In this document: positions 26,196-38,300 of the stretch, in pieces
How positions within the stretch are numbered: the first letter of the stretch is position 1
Layout: every line of letters begins with the position of its first letter
From: Podarcis tiliguerta
Lineage: Eukaryota
Length of the DNA: 64,000 nt
Assembly: GCA_965153285.1 (NCBI GenBank)
Contig: OZ229111.1
Reading direction: 5' to 3' (one strand)
Notes under the pieces: generated by a model
What the model saw: the letters and a program-made list of their open reading frames with translations, nothing else
What the model was told of the DNA's origin: nothing
The model's database searches: none
Position numbers and translations under genes: made by a program

Positions 26196-27274
26196 CTGCG
26201 AGAGAGGTGGAGGAAAAACAGTCAGCATTAAGATCTTCAAATTCAGGTTGTCATGATTAGCCACAGATCATAGCCTCAAGTAGCACACAGCACAAAGACT
26301 TTACCCCACACATAAGAATTCTGCAAGAATAAATTGAGCACGCATAAAATATGCTCCTCAACCAGGTGATAAGAATTGGCTAAAGGCTGACCACCAATCA
26401 GATATATTCTCAATAGAAGCTTCTTGCTCCTATCAATCCACCTTAGCTAATGAGTCTTCCAGTTGATTGTCCTCAGATTCTGATGTTCTAAAATCTCTGT
26501 CAATTAATCTCCTCTTCATATACCTTGCCTTCTATATACCTTGCCAAAGGGAATTCATGTACAGTATTAGACGACTACCTGCCCAACTTCCTCAAGCCCT
26601 TTCATAGTTCCAAACCATGGTAAGTGCTGTGTTAAAAGTGATCTGTCACTCAGTTTCCCCAGTCTATGTAAACATTATATTCAGACCTCAGAATAGATGT
26701 AAACAGTTCATACGCTATTATGGCTGTGTTCAGATGAACTCAAGTAAACACTAGGTATTTCTGAAGAGGTTATTCACAAAAGCCTTTCATACTTCTGTAC
26801 TGTTATTTCAGAGTCTGCATTCAGAGCATACCCAAGCAGCTACATAATTCACATATAAAAAATAATAATACAGATCATAAAACAGATTAAAGCATAAAGT
26901 CCTGCCTTAAGTGAACGAAGAAGTTAGTGGAGATTGCAATATTGGTATACACCCAGTCATAACGTCATTGGGCAGGTGTGGACACAAACCCCATCAATAG
27001 GACCACCTGAGTCAATAGTGACAATGTTGAGTGTGGGGTCTAAAGAAGGTTTCTGTTTTCAACCAAACACACACAGAAACTCTCTTCAAATGTCTGCACT
27101 AAATGCACGAAGATCAAAAGAAGAGCCAATGCACCCTAGCGCACTGGGAGTGATGCTAACATGGCTCAGGACCACAATACCTGAATGATGAACCTATCCA
27201 TACCCAACTGAGGCCCTTCTTTGTGGGCCTCCTCCACAAGAGGTTGAGGGCGGCAGCACAAGAATGATCCTTTT

Positions 27275-28349
27275 GATCACTACGGTGAGTGACCTACAGT
27301 GGCCGGTGAGGCCTACCAAGCCATGCTGTTTCTGACGTGTTTGAATGGCTGAAGGAGGCTCTTCTGAGATGCCTCCTCCGGAGCAGCCGCAGGATCCCGG
27401 GAGCCGCAGCTCCGGCGGAGAGTGGGATGACAACTTTGGGTATGGCCTGTTTCCCAAGAGGAGCCATGGAGGCGGTAAAAAGCAGCAGTCCATGCTCTAT
27501 AAGGCTGTCTTCACCAGCTGATGCTGCAGATCGCCCTGGAAAGCAGTCCAAATGCTAAACTGCTACTTGATGCTATGAAGAATACTGGCTGCACTATTTT
27601 CAAAGACCGACACTTCTCATGTGAAGAGTGTGATGGGTGTGTCAGTGGAGGATTTGATTCTTCAAATCAAACTGTGCCAAAACAATATTCATCACCAGTC
27701 TCATATGACCAGAGTGGTTGCACATGAGCTTCTCCATGCTTTTGATCACTGTCGTGCACATGTGGACTGGTTCAATAAGATCAGGCATTTAGCTTGCTCA
27801 GAGATTCAAGCTGTTAATCTTAGTGGCGATTGCTCCCTCCTAAATGAAATAATCCGGTTTAAATTTGGATTGAAGCAGCATCAGCAGACCTGCGTAAAAT
27901 ACAGAGCTGTTTGCTCCATCTTGGCTGTTCGGAACATCAGCAAAGAGATGGATGAGAAAGCTGTGGATGAAGTCTTTGAATCGTGTTTGAACCATTGAGG
28001 TCACGAGCCGTTTGACAGAGTGCCTCACAGCAGATTAGATGCAAAATATGCACATAGAGATTTCCAAAACCGTGACCGGTACTATGCAAAATTTTAGCCA
28101 AAAACTTTTCATTTCTAGCTACAACATTTGGGGACAATTTTCAAAAGATTAATTGTGAAGATAACCAGAAGTCCACAAACAACAAAGAATATTCATGTTG
28201 TCGAATTCCTGTTCTGTGTTTTGTTTGGTGTACAAATTGGTTTAGCAGCCCCCCCCCACACACATAAAAGTTTATGTGAGTATTCTACTGGAAATTAATT
28301 TTGCAAATGCTTTGGTTCTCATCCTTGGTTTAATAAATGCTGTTTCATT

Positions 28350-28387
<38 letters not shown>
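27275..28387 (+). pseudogene. ATP23: Processed pseudogene (retrocopy) of ATP23/XRCC6BP1, mitochondrial intermembrane-space metallopeptidase (M76)
   Basis: Intronless ATP23-like coding sequence from ATG 27345 to TAG 28097 in three frames. Frame 1: MAEGG...DDNFGYGLFPKR...VFTS* (stop 27519-27521). Frame 2: [46 protein letters not shown]. Frame 3: [34 protein letters not shown]...LACSEI...LSGDC...[42 protein letters not shown]. Lesions: two frameshifts (~27515, ~27670) and an in-frame TGA at 27996-27998. AATAAA at 28332-28337, A5 then (AG)n, and TSD agaatgatcctttt (27261-27274) / agaatgctcatttt (28388-28401). Confidence 0.95.

Positions 28388-28390
<3 letters not shown>
28354..28390 (+). repeat. 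(AG)n microsatellite at the retrocopy poly(A) position
   Basis: Pure AG run directly after AATAAA...aaaaa. Confidence 0.95.
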
Positions 28391-28393
<3 letters not shown>

Positions 28394-28641
28394 CTCATTT
28401 TCTGCAATGTTCTCCCCAGGGAGCTTCAGCTGGCTCCTTCATTATACATTTTTAGGTGGCAGGTGAAAAGGTTCTTCTTCAACCAGGCCTTGGGCTGATT
28501 AACATCTGATGCCCTTTTAAATATGCTGTGGGAGGGATTCTTGGTTTGTTTTTATTTTGTTTTTATATTGGTGTGTTTTTTATACTGTATTTTTATTTTG
28601 TGAACCACCCCGAGATCTACAAATGAAGGGTGGTATACAAT

Positions 28642-28677
<36 letters not shown>

Positions 28678-31600
28678 CACTACCACCACCACTACTACTA
28701 CCTTTATCCCCATTTTAAGTCCTCATGCCATTCCAGATAGAGGGGAAAGGGTGTTTTGTCAGGTGAGATGATAGCACTTCAGAAGTGAAATTCCCTTCCA
28801 CTTGTAGTGTGATTGGCATCATTGTTGCTTATTTTTCAGCACCAGGTAAAAAAGTGTATGTTCACTCCAGCCTTTGTTGGGGATTGAATCAATTTGCCAG
28901 CTGTAAAGGGATTGCTTTCTGCATTGTTGCATGATGCTTTCATTTGATGCTTTCCCTGTTTTATGCGATTTTACTGTTTTGTGAAATTAATGGATATCCT
29001 TACTTTATTCTGCGACCTGCCCTGACATCAGCACTTGACGAAGGGGGGAGGGACACAAACTGAAATAATAAATAAGTAAACAAGCCCAAGCTGCAGAGCA
29101 CCAAGCTGGCTCATGAAGCCTTGCAAACCAAATGATAGCTCTGACTGCAGCTCTCTCAGCATGCCTGACCTAGAAAACTGGCCCTATCCTAGTGTAAAGA
29201 AATCACCTCCAGGATTTCAATGAAGCCAATAATCAATCATGATGAACTTCTCAGAGCAGCATCCAGCCCTGCTAACCGTACTCACTAGTATCTCCCATGC
29301 TCCTTTATCTGCAAGGTCCCCACTAATCACTGGCAACCAATCGCTGTATCAGCCCCATCTCTGGAGGCAAAGGGGCATGCATGATGGAAAGGTTGCAGCT
29401 GCACCTGACAGAGGCTGGGTTTATTTGCTGACCCAGCCAAGAGCTCAGCTAGCACCTGAGTCATGGCATAACCTTCGCAGTCTCCTTCAGCGAGTGGCTG
29501 TTCAGCACCCCAGCAAAGCAGACACATAAAACTCTCTACAGCATCCCTTGCTGCTCTCAAGAGGACAACCCTGACCTCCCCAAAGCCAGGTTGCAGAGCA
29601 CAGGGAGAGAATAAAAATAAACAGGACCAGGCAAGAAAACAGCCCTGCATCCCAGGAGGGTACCACTTTGGCAACAATAGCCTGATGCAATCCCCAGGTG
29701 ATTCAAACTGGGCCTGGGGGGGGGGGGAGGCATCCCTGCTTTAAATAACAGGGAAAGGGTGGAGAATAACATGTTTTGAAGCGCTAGGATCAGAAACTTT
29801 GCTCAGGAGCCTGCAAACACATTCACCAGAGACTCCAACAGGGGGCGGACCAGCTCTTTCCCCCAGCCCAACTTACCAGCACCAATTCCAGTAAGCAAAC
29901 TTGTAATAGAGGCAGGAACAGCAGAAGTGGGTGTGTCTATTCCAGGAACAGTTTCCAACTACACAAAAACAGGACACCTCAAACTTATTTATGGGAGCTC
30001 ATTAACCCTTGAACAATACTTGCTTTGCTCGCTGGATTAAACCACAAAGTCAAAGCAGTACAGGAGATACATACCCACACCTTGAGGTTTCAAGTTCTCT
30101 TGGGGTTTTGAGGTTCCAAGAAGGTGAGTTGCACCAACTTTCCCCCCAAGATTCCATGATTTCACTGACATACAGAAAATAACACCCACATAGCTCTTTG
30201 TCCTCAAATTCACTAATTCTGGGGCGTCCTGGGCAAACAGATTAAGTGCACATACCTAAATACCATAGCCCAAAACACAGAGTGCCTGAAAGCACACACC
30301 CAGCACACACCACAAAACGTGGGTGCACGGCAAATGGAGGACATGAGCTAAGAGCCTCTCTCCCAAAACATGCACACATTTTGCTGACTGGCTTTTTGAA
30401 ACAGACCCTGTTCAATCCTGCTACGTCACATGTTTGGCGTCTACAGGGAGCCGTGTGTCATCCAGCAACAATTTTGCCCCGCTCAAAAACAGGAAACACC
30501 TGGTGCTAAGGAGCCTTTCCTAAAGAGTCTCATGGCTCCACACTCGTGATGCTGGGCTGGGAGCTACACAGCAGAAATGGCTCTGACACTGGCCAGGCCT
30601 TTCCCAGCTGTTCCCTCTTCCGGAGCAGCCAATTCCAAGGACTAATGAGAACGCTCCCTTACCCATACTCCACACGTCTGTCATCTCCTTAGCCAGGTCT
30701 GCATATTTTCAGCATGTACGTTCATGGATACTGCAAGCAACGGAATTTGGAACTAATTCTGAGCGCATAGGATGCCAGTCTCCAGTTCGAAAAGCAAGCT
30801 GTCAGGCCATATTATTTCAGAGATAAATAGGAAAGCCTCTACATCACATCTGCTGAGGTCTCTTCTCGGAAGTCCCTCATTTTAAAGGACATCCCTGATT
30901 TAGCAAAATTGCACCTGCGTGAAACAGCTGAGAAGATGGGAGGGCTCTGCCCTGTGCAAAAAACTAATCCACAACTTTTGGAGTCTGTGGTTAACAGATC
31001 TCTGAGTGAACAGGAGTTTGCAAGAGAAGAACATTTTTAAAAAGTGAAAAGTGGGGTGTCCTTTTAGGGGATCATGGAAAGGTATCCTTAGGAATCAGAG
31101 TTCTCTACCCATGCTCAGCATCCCCTGTCTTTCCCTTATTGCTAAATAATGCCAAACAACTCTTACATTTCTTGTCCACAATCAAAACCCTTGCCAAAAT
31201 TTCTGTAAGTGAAAACATGCGAATGAGCTCAGTTAACTTGCATAATAGGCTTCTGAATACTAATATTTACTCAGAGTAGACCTAACAGACCTAAGCTAGT
31301 AATGGCTATTAATGGGCCTATTTTGAGTAAATGTTAGTTAAGCACAACCCATGAAATCCATTATTCCAAAATTGTGATTGAATGATAGGAACTTTCAGGC
31401 TGCAATCTTATGTAAATTTACAAGGGAGTCAGCGCCAGTGAACCAATAAGAGGCTTGCCTCAGATACATGCATAGGATTGTGCTCTCCACTGCTCACCTA
31501 TGGGGGGAACCAGAGTAAAGGAGAGCTGAACAGACTCAGTGGTGAAATTCTCCACAGTAAGCATCTGCCTTCAAAGCACGTGCTCATCTATTCAACATCA

Positions 31601-33019
31601 AACACTCCCCCACCCTACTTTCAACCTCCTCAAATCATGCTTTTAATTAGGAGATCATTTTGCTATAATAGCCAATCACATTCCGTTGTCATGCAAAAGT
31701 CTTAATTTTTTAAAAAAATTGAAATTTGGGAAATTCAGTACAGAACAGCAATTATTTTTAAAAATGAAGAATCTGTGGAATTAGGAAATGAAGAAGAACG
31801 TTCCTGGATGACTTCACATGAGCATGTTTTAACTTTCCCATAGGCAGCAAGAAAAACCTTCTACGTACTGCTGCTTGCTATCTGTTTTTGTTCCCAGCAG
31901 AAATTTGAGAGACAATGAATGAGAAACTATTAAAAAAATGGGTTAACAGCCTGTGTGGGCGCTGCACTAAAGGATTTTTCCATTACACCTGTCTGGCCAA
32001 AACCCACAAGACACAGACAAGCTTGCAATTTAGGCAGACCAAGGCTTGCCTAAAATAGCTCCAAGGATTAATCTAACATGCAGAAAAGAATAGTAGGATG
32101 CAAAGGGTAGGATGCATCTCTGGCCCCAGCCCATCCCAAAACGTAAGCAGGAGGCACTGAAAAGGGGAGTGTGTTGGCATCCTCACCACATTCAGAGGTC
32201 CCTCTTTAACCACTTCTCTGTGGAAGCCACATGAAAACAAGCTGAGTAAAAGCCAAGGCCTGTTTGTTCCACCCAGAGCAGTGGGCCAATAAGAACATCA
32301 AGTCCAATGGCATTTTGTCTGTTCTGCTTCCCTCCAAACCAAGAAGCGCAGAGGCAGTATCCAAAGAGGAAGGAAGCAGGTTCGGAGGAGGCTTCTCCAA
32401 ACATCATGCAATTGGCTGAGGAGGAATAAAAATTTAACACAATGTGATGAAAATCTTCAGCTGCTGATTGCTGCATATCACACTTCTGTTAAAGACAATG
32501 GAGGTGATCAGGCTGTTACTCCCACCCCGCTGCCCATTGGGCAAGTTCAGCTGAGCATGAGCAGACATAAGGTGTTCACAGCTTAAAACACAGCTAGGTT
32601 GTGCTTTTTCTCAACTTGGATCAGAGTTGTTTTAGGGGGAAACACATCAAAATGCAGTATTTCTCAAGAAAAAACAGGACAGATGAAGGATAGATGTGTG
32701 TGAACACCGCTTCCCCAACCAGCAGTGGGAGCACACTGGATTCAGAGTAAATGGTAATGTGCATACAGCCACAGTCATGCACTGATCACTGCTTCAGCCA
32801 CATAAGGTTTAGAATTACATCTGCCAAGGCTGCTTGCTTGCTTGCTATTTCGTCCCTGAGTTGAGTCTTTTTGAAAGACTTGGGCCATACATGCTGCCCC
32901 AGCTTAGAAGAAAAAGGATTAAATCACCATATATGTTCTTCCAAGCAGTTACACCTGCTTGTTTTTGCATGCCACTATACCACTCACTACTACTACCATT
33001 CACAATATTCGCTATACCT

Positions 33020-33102
33020 TGGAAGACAGGAGTGCCTGGCGTGTTCTGGTCCATGAGGTCATGAAGAGTCGGACACGACTAAATGACTAAACAACAACAA
33101 CA
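33020..33102 (+). mobile_element. RTE/BovB 3'-terminal fragment with (CAA)n tail
   Basis: ggaagacaggagtgcctggcgtgttctggtccatgaggtcatgaagagtcggacacgactaaatgactaaacaacaacaac matches the recalled squamate BovB 3' end. Confidence 0.82.
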
Positions 33103-35323
33103 TACCATTCACCTCTCTATATAGCTATATATCCCAACGCATCCCCTTTTGTATGCCTGTACCCTGTGGATACAGCTATGGCCCCTTTCCCCATTCCCTG
33201 AAGGGACAGGAGTAAGGATTTGGCTTTTTCTTTTCTTTTTTAGGGGAAGGATGCCGCCAACAGCTCTTACAAACTGCTTAAAAATGTGACACTATGCCAC
33301 TCCTGCTAGCTGTGACTCCCCTTCCTGTTTCAGGTACTCCACATCCAGCAGCCAATAAATATGAACGCTCATCAACATGGGCAGAGTAAAAGAAACATAA
33401 ATGCTTAATGGCGTTTTCTTTTTTTTTATATGCCATTCAAGGCTAAGGGCTTTTCAAAGTCTTTCGTTTCACAGCCTTTTGGTCTCACAGTTTACAGACA
33501 TTGGAGTCTCCATACTGATGAGTGTCTGCTTGTTCCTCAAGCTTACTCCTTCAGCTCTTGGGGGTACAAAGGGATGCCCCGCTTGCCTTGCTCATCCATT
33601 TCTTCCCAGGTCAACAGGATCAGGCTCACCAGCAACAGCTTCTGCCTTTAATAACAGTTGACAGAGTTTGACCCGTCGTAAATAAGATAAATCCCTCTTT
33701 CCTCCCACGTAAGCAGCCCTTGCAAAAGAAATTGTGCTGCTGGTGGCTGGGTGCTGGATGAGTAACTGCCAATCTCCCATGGTTCCTTTTCCTGGAGGGC
33801 CCAAACTCCCAGAGATGATAAAGGGTGGGGTGGAGGGGAATTAATTGTTCGTTGCTGGAAGCTCGACCTCTTCGATGTGGAGCCCGACACTCATCAGCCT
33901 GGAGGGGCTGCGAGACAGGAGTCACAGTGGGAAATGACACAGGGAGAGAAGGAAGTGAAAAATACAGCTGAGGGCACCTCCGCTATGCCAGCACTCACAG
34001 CAAAAGATTAGAGCGGGATTCATCTAATGCAACACGGGAGCTGTCAAGCTGGCTGTAGCGCAGCACAGCACAAAACGCCTTGTCCAGAGTAATCCATGAA
34101 AGCAGAGGACCCAAAACAAACAAGTGCTAGGAGCTAATATGAGGCAGAGCCCAAAGGACATGACTGCTTCGTACTCAAAGCCAGAGAGGAATATGTGTTA
34201 GCTATGAGAATGCAGAATGGCTGGAAAGGTTTAAAATGAGATTAAAAAGTGCAAAGGAGTTTAGGGCAGACTGAAGGAGGAGGTCTGAGGAGAAAGATGA
34301 GAGATGTAGCTGCTGATACACACATTTTTAAAAAATGAGATAGAAGGACTCAAACCTCACTGGCAGAACTGTGAGGTTCTGGTGCAGTGAGGGGAAAGAG
34401 TTCTGGGTGTGTTCAGAGGTGCTCTTTTTATGAAACTCCAAGAAGGGTCTGTGGCCAAGCGTTGATGAGACCGGACTCAAACTTCTCAGAGAAAGGAAAG
34501 ACGAGTACCTATTAAAAGGTGGGAACTGGCATTTATGGACCCAAAATAACTTAAATGTTTTAGCTTATCCTTGAAGGTGCTCAGCTTATAAAAAATAAGA
34601 GTTAAGGTTAAGAACTATAGTATATCTATATGACAAAAAGTTGTTTTATTTTTAAATAGAAGTATCAGGCACTGAAGAAGATTCTGTTGAAATGTCTTTA
34701 GCCAAACGGCTATTTAGGAGCATTCATTTCTATTGGTACTAATGGGCATTTGGCCTTCTTTAGATTTCTTCAGGGGTCATAACCTCTCCCCCCCCCCCCA
34801 CCTCCTTTAAATATAACAGGACAGCTGGGAAATGCTTACAAATGAGGGAAGGGCAGTTGTGGTAGCATAATGTATTCTGTAAGCCCAGAGAAAAGGGAAA
34901 GGGGGTACTTTTAGGCAGCCAGTGAAACATGCCAAGTTAGTAGAATGCAACCTTTCTCCATTTCATTCTGGTCAAGATGTTAGATCCACTGTGGAGAAAC
35001 TGTGGCCTTCCATATGTGGTTTGATTACAAGCTGCCATCATCCCTGGCCATGCTGTCTGTGGTTGATGGGGGTTGGGAGTCCAGTCATATCTGGAGGGCC
35101 ATGGGTTTCCCATCTCTGTGCTGAATTGTGAAGTTTTGCTTACTGGGAAGAGAAGAGGGGTTTCCTTTGCTTGAATTGCCAAGTGTGTCACCTAGATTTC
35201 TTTGTCACTTAGTGGGATCAACAAGATCCATTTTTTAAAAAAAACTCACTTTATAAACTGTGGGTTATAAACCTTCAACCAGCAGGTTAAACCTGGTCCT
35301 TGGAAGTCTCTCACTGGTCCTGC

Positions 35324-35326
<3 letters not shown>

Positions 35327-35358
<32 letters not shown>
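35327..35358. repeat. (CA)n microsatellite
   Basis: Direct reading. Confidence 0.95.
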
Positions 35359-35360
<2 letters not shown>

Positions 35361-38300
35361 TGTTTTTGTCGGGCTAGGATGTTTCTGAATTCTGGTTGTT
35401 CCTGTTGCTTGTATGGTTAGAGAGGGATGTGTAAGTGTGTGTAGGTACTAGCCTACTACACAATGGTAACATTTGCATCAAATGTTCCACCTACTTTTGC
35501 CTCTAGCTCCACCCACCACCACTGGAATGTGGCCCTCAAAAGGTTTCCCAGAAGCAAATGTGGCCCTTGGGCTGAAAATGGTTTCCCCACTCCTGACTTA
35601 TAACGGCTCCCTCCACCAGAGTGGAGGGCAATTGCTTCCAAATGGTTTCAATCTGTATTCTGACACACACAATCTAGAAGGGCGTCCTTATTTCTCTGCT
35701 GCGGCAAAAAAGAAACAGAACGGCGGCAGCGAGGTCTGCTGGCATCTTAAAGGGCAAGAGCCACAGAGTGGTGTGAGCTCTCTAGGGATTAGACACAGGA
35801 GTCCTTTGTGACCCACCAAGTCCTTTTGAAGAACACAAGTCCTTTTGCATTCTGCTGACAGGGCTGAATAGCAAAATGCCTCTTAAGATACTGTGCCACT
35901 GTTTATGGTCTGTCCATAGTGCTTTCTGTGGAGGCAGAGGTGGATTTTATGGTCATCTGAGCCTGCCAAGGGCACACTCATTTTCACAATAGGAGTTAGA
36001 TATGAATTTCAGTATTTTCCAAATACGGTTTGCCGGATGGCAACATAGCTACGTGTTCTCAGTTTGCCCTTGGTTCAATGAAACTAAGGGGTGGTTTTTC
36101 TCCCCTCATCCCACCCCACAAAAGGCAGGAAACTGTTTGAAATAGTGCATGCTGCCTAACCTATGAAGGAAGGTGATAATTTACAAGGCAGAAACCACAA
36201 AAATAGCCCTGTCGTTTATCAGGGACATCACATAGTGGCCTTTGGAACCACCAAAAGAAGGTGTCTGAAAGGTCACCTAACTGCAGCTGCAGTTGTTGAC
36301 ATCAAGGCTCTGCAAATCCATCCTGCATCCTCTCTTTGTCCATAGTTCCCCCTTTGTACATCTTGGTTGGGGTCATATATTTAACACACCCTAACCTCTA
36401 AGTGAAACAGTTCTGAGCATCACAGGTAGCTATGAACTACTTTCTCTAGACAGAGTGTTTCATGTTTCAACATGTCTCATCAACCACCATTTTAGATTTA
36501 GCCTCCAATTTGAAAGCAGATCTCACAATCAGAATAGTAACATATCTAAATTAGCTACAAATGCCTGTTATGATCAAGTACCATGCTACCCTTTAATGAA
36601 ACAACTATAACATGGCACTTGCCTTGAGCCAGGTTTGGCTAAGGCTTAACTCTCAGGTATGTTCTCAGTGCCATGATTCGTCACTAGAACATGTGGAGAA
36701 CATAATATCATACATGAATCTATGCTCTTCACATGAAACTCATTGTATGAATTGTATGAAAACATACATTTCACTCATTGTTCAGTTATTAACCCCAGTG
36801 CCCACATGTCTAGAATCAGAGGGGAACGAGGCCTGCCTTCTAGGAAGACTTTATCTCCAGCAGCAATATGATTAAAAATTAAGCCCTGATAAGTTGATCA
36901 GAGCTCTCTACCAGATCACCTTTGACTCCAAATGCACCAAAGTTCTCTATATGCATTCAACTATATTTTAGAGAGCCCTCTACAACTTCATTTTATTTAA
37001 ATGCTCATAATGATGATAATGATGATGATGATGCCTTCCCAAAAAGGCAAAAGCCCCTGAGATAATCAACCAAGTAGAAGGATGGATGGAACTGTTTTGG
37101 ACAGGCAGTAGAATTTAACTAAAACATTCAGCAGGTGTTCACAGAATGTCTTTAATTTCCAAAATAATTACAAACTGGGGTTTAAGTCTGTCTCAGAATA
37201 CTTGTAAGTGTCACCCTGATCCTAAACATATGAGGCTGGCTGTGGTCAGCAAGTGGTGACAGAAAGGAACTCTGTACATGTTAGAAACAATTCTCTTTTT
37301 TACTTCTCTTTCTAACTTCATTCTTTCCAAGAACTAAACACTGGAATTGAAAACAGACTCCGGAACTACTCTACCTCAAATTATACCTCATTCCTGGGGA
37401 GTTATTTTCTTTCAACATGGGATGTCACACTGTACAGAGTTGACAGCCCCTGCCTTCACTACTCACCCAGCTCATAGTAGCTAGATAGACAACTAGCCAC
37501 TGTGGAATAACAAGAATTGCTGCTATACAAGGAATCTTCAAAATGTGTAATCCTCCAGAGCAAATGTAAGAAAAGCCTGTAACTGGTTACTTTATTGGGA
37601 GGATGCATTACATTACATTACATTGTCTTAAAAAAACCTCATTGCAACAAAAAGGCACACAGTGAGATTGTTCTGTTGTCCTGAGTTCATTAGCCAGTGC
37701 ACTGTATTATTTTAGCACTCCTTGCTCCTTTGCAATCTAAAAGCGAAACTCTGTCCTTGCCTCTAAGAATTGACACTCAGGATACAAATGCTCATTTCTG
37801 CAGGGCAGGTGATCTGTCCCTTGGAATCACTGATTCTCCTTGACAATTCAAACTCCACATCACATGAACCAAATCAGAAATGAAATAAAGTATGCATTTT
37901 AGGAAATGGCTAGTTTCCTCGGCTCTTACATTAAAGTCATCCTTAAGGACACTGGAGGATTCACTATATATACTGTGGAAATCTCCATGTGTCTCACCTG
38001 CAAGGTAGCTTAGAAAACAATTGAAAAATCTATCGCAATCATAACTCGGATTTACTGGAGGAACACTCAATCAATGCAGCAAAGAAGGAGTTAAAGATGT
38101 GCCTGAGGACTGAAATGACAGACTAATAAAGATAAGACAGGAAGAGGAAGGAAGGACCCCAGTGAGTGCAACAGTGACCTATCTGAAACAGACATTCTGG
38201 CCCGCAGGCTTCTCTCTTAATGGCTTGCAGACTGACTGTGCAACCAGGGTAAATCAAAAAAGGGTGAAGAAGCAAAATCCTCTTGGTGTGGAAGGATCTC

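Larger units (their letters stand above)
27195..28701 (+). mobile_element. Older L2-clade LINE 3' end, split by the ATP23 retrocopy (pieces ~27195-27274 and 28388-28701)
   Basis: gaggcccttctttgtgggcctcctccacaagaggtt...cacaagaatg continues after the retrocopy as ttttctgcaatgttctccccagggag...ttcttcttcaaccaggccttgggctga. Then a T-rich 3'UTR, gtgaaccaccccgag and a (TAC)n tail at ~28642-28701. Confidence 0.78.

Noticed and set aside
27337-27998. ORFs 27337-27558, 27521-27727 and 27621-27998 as a functional nested gene
   Set aside because: 27521-27727 and 27621-27998 are pieces of one disabled ATP23 CDS, and 27337-27558 is an off-frame reading. There are two frameshifts and a stop, and no splice sites that would repair the frame.
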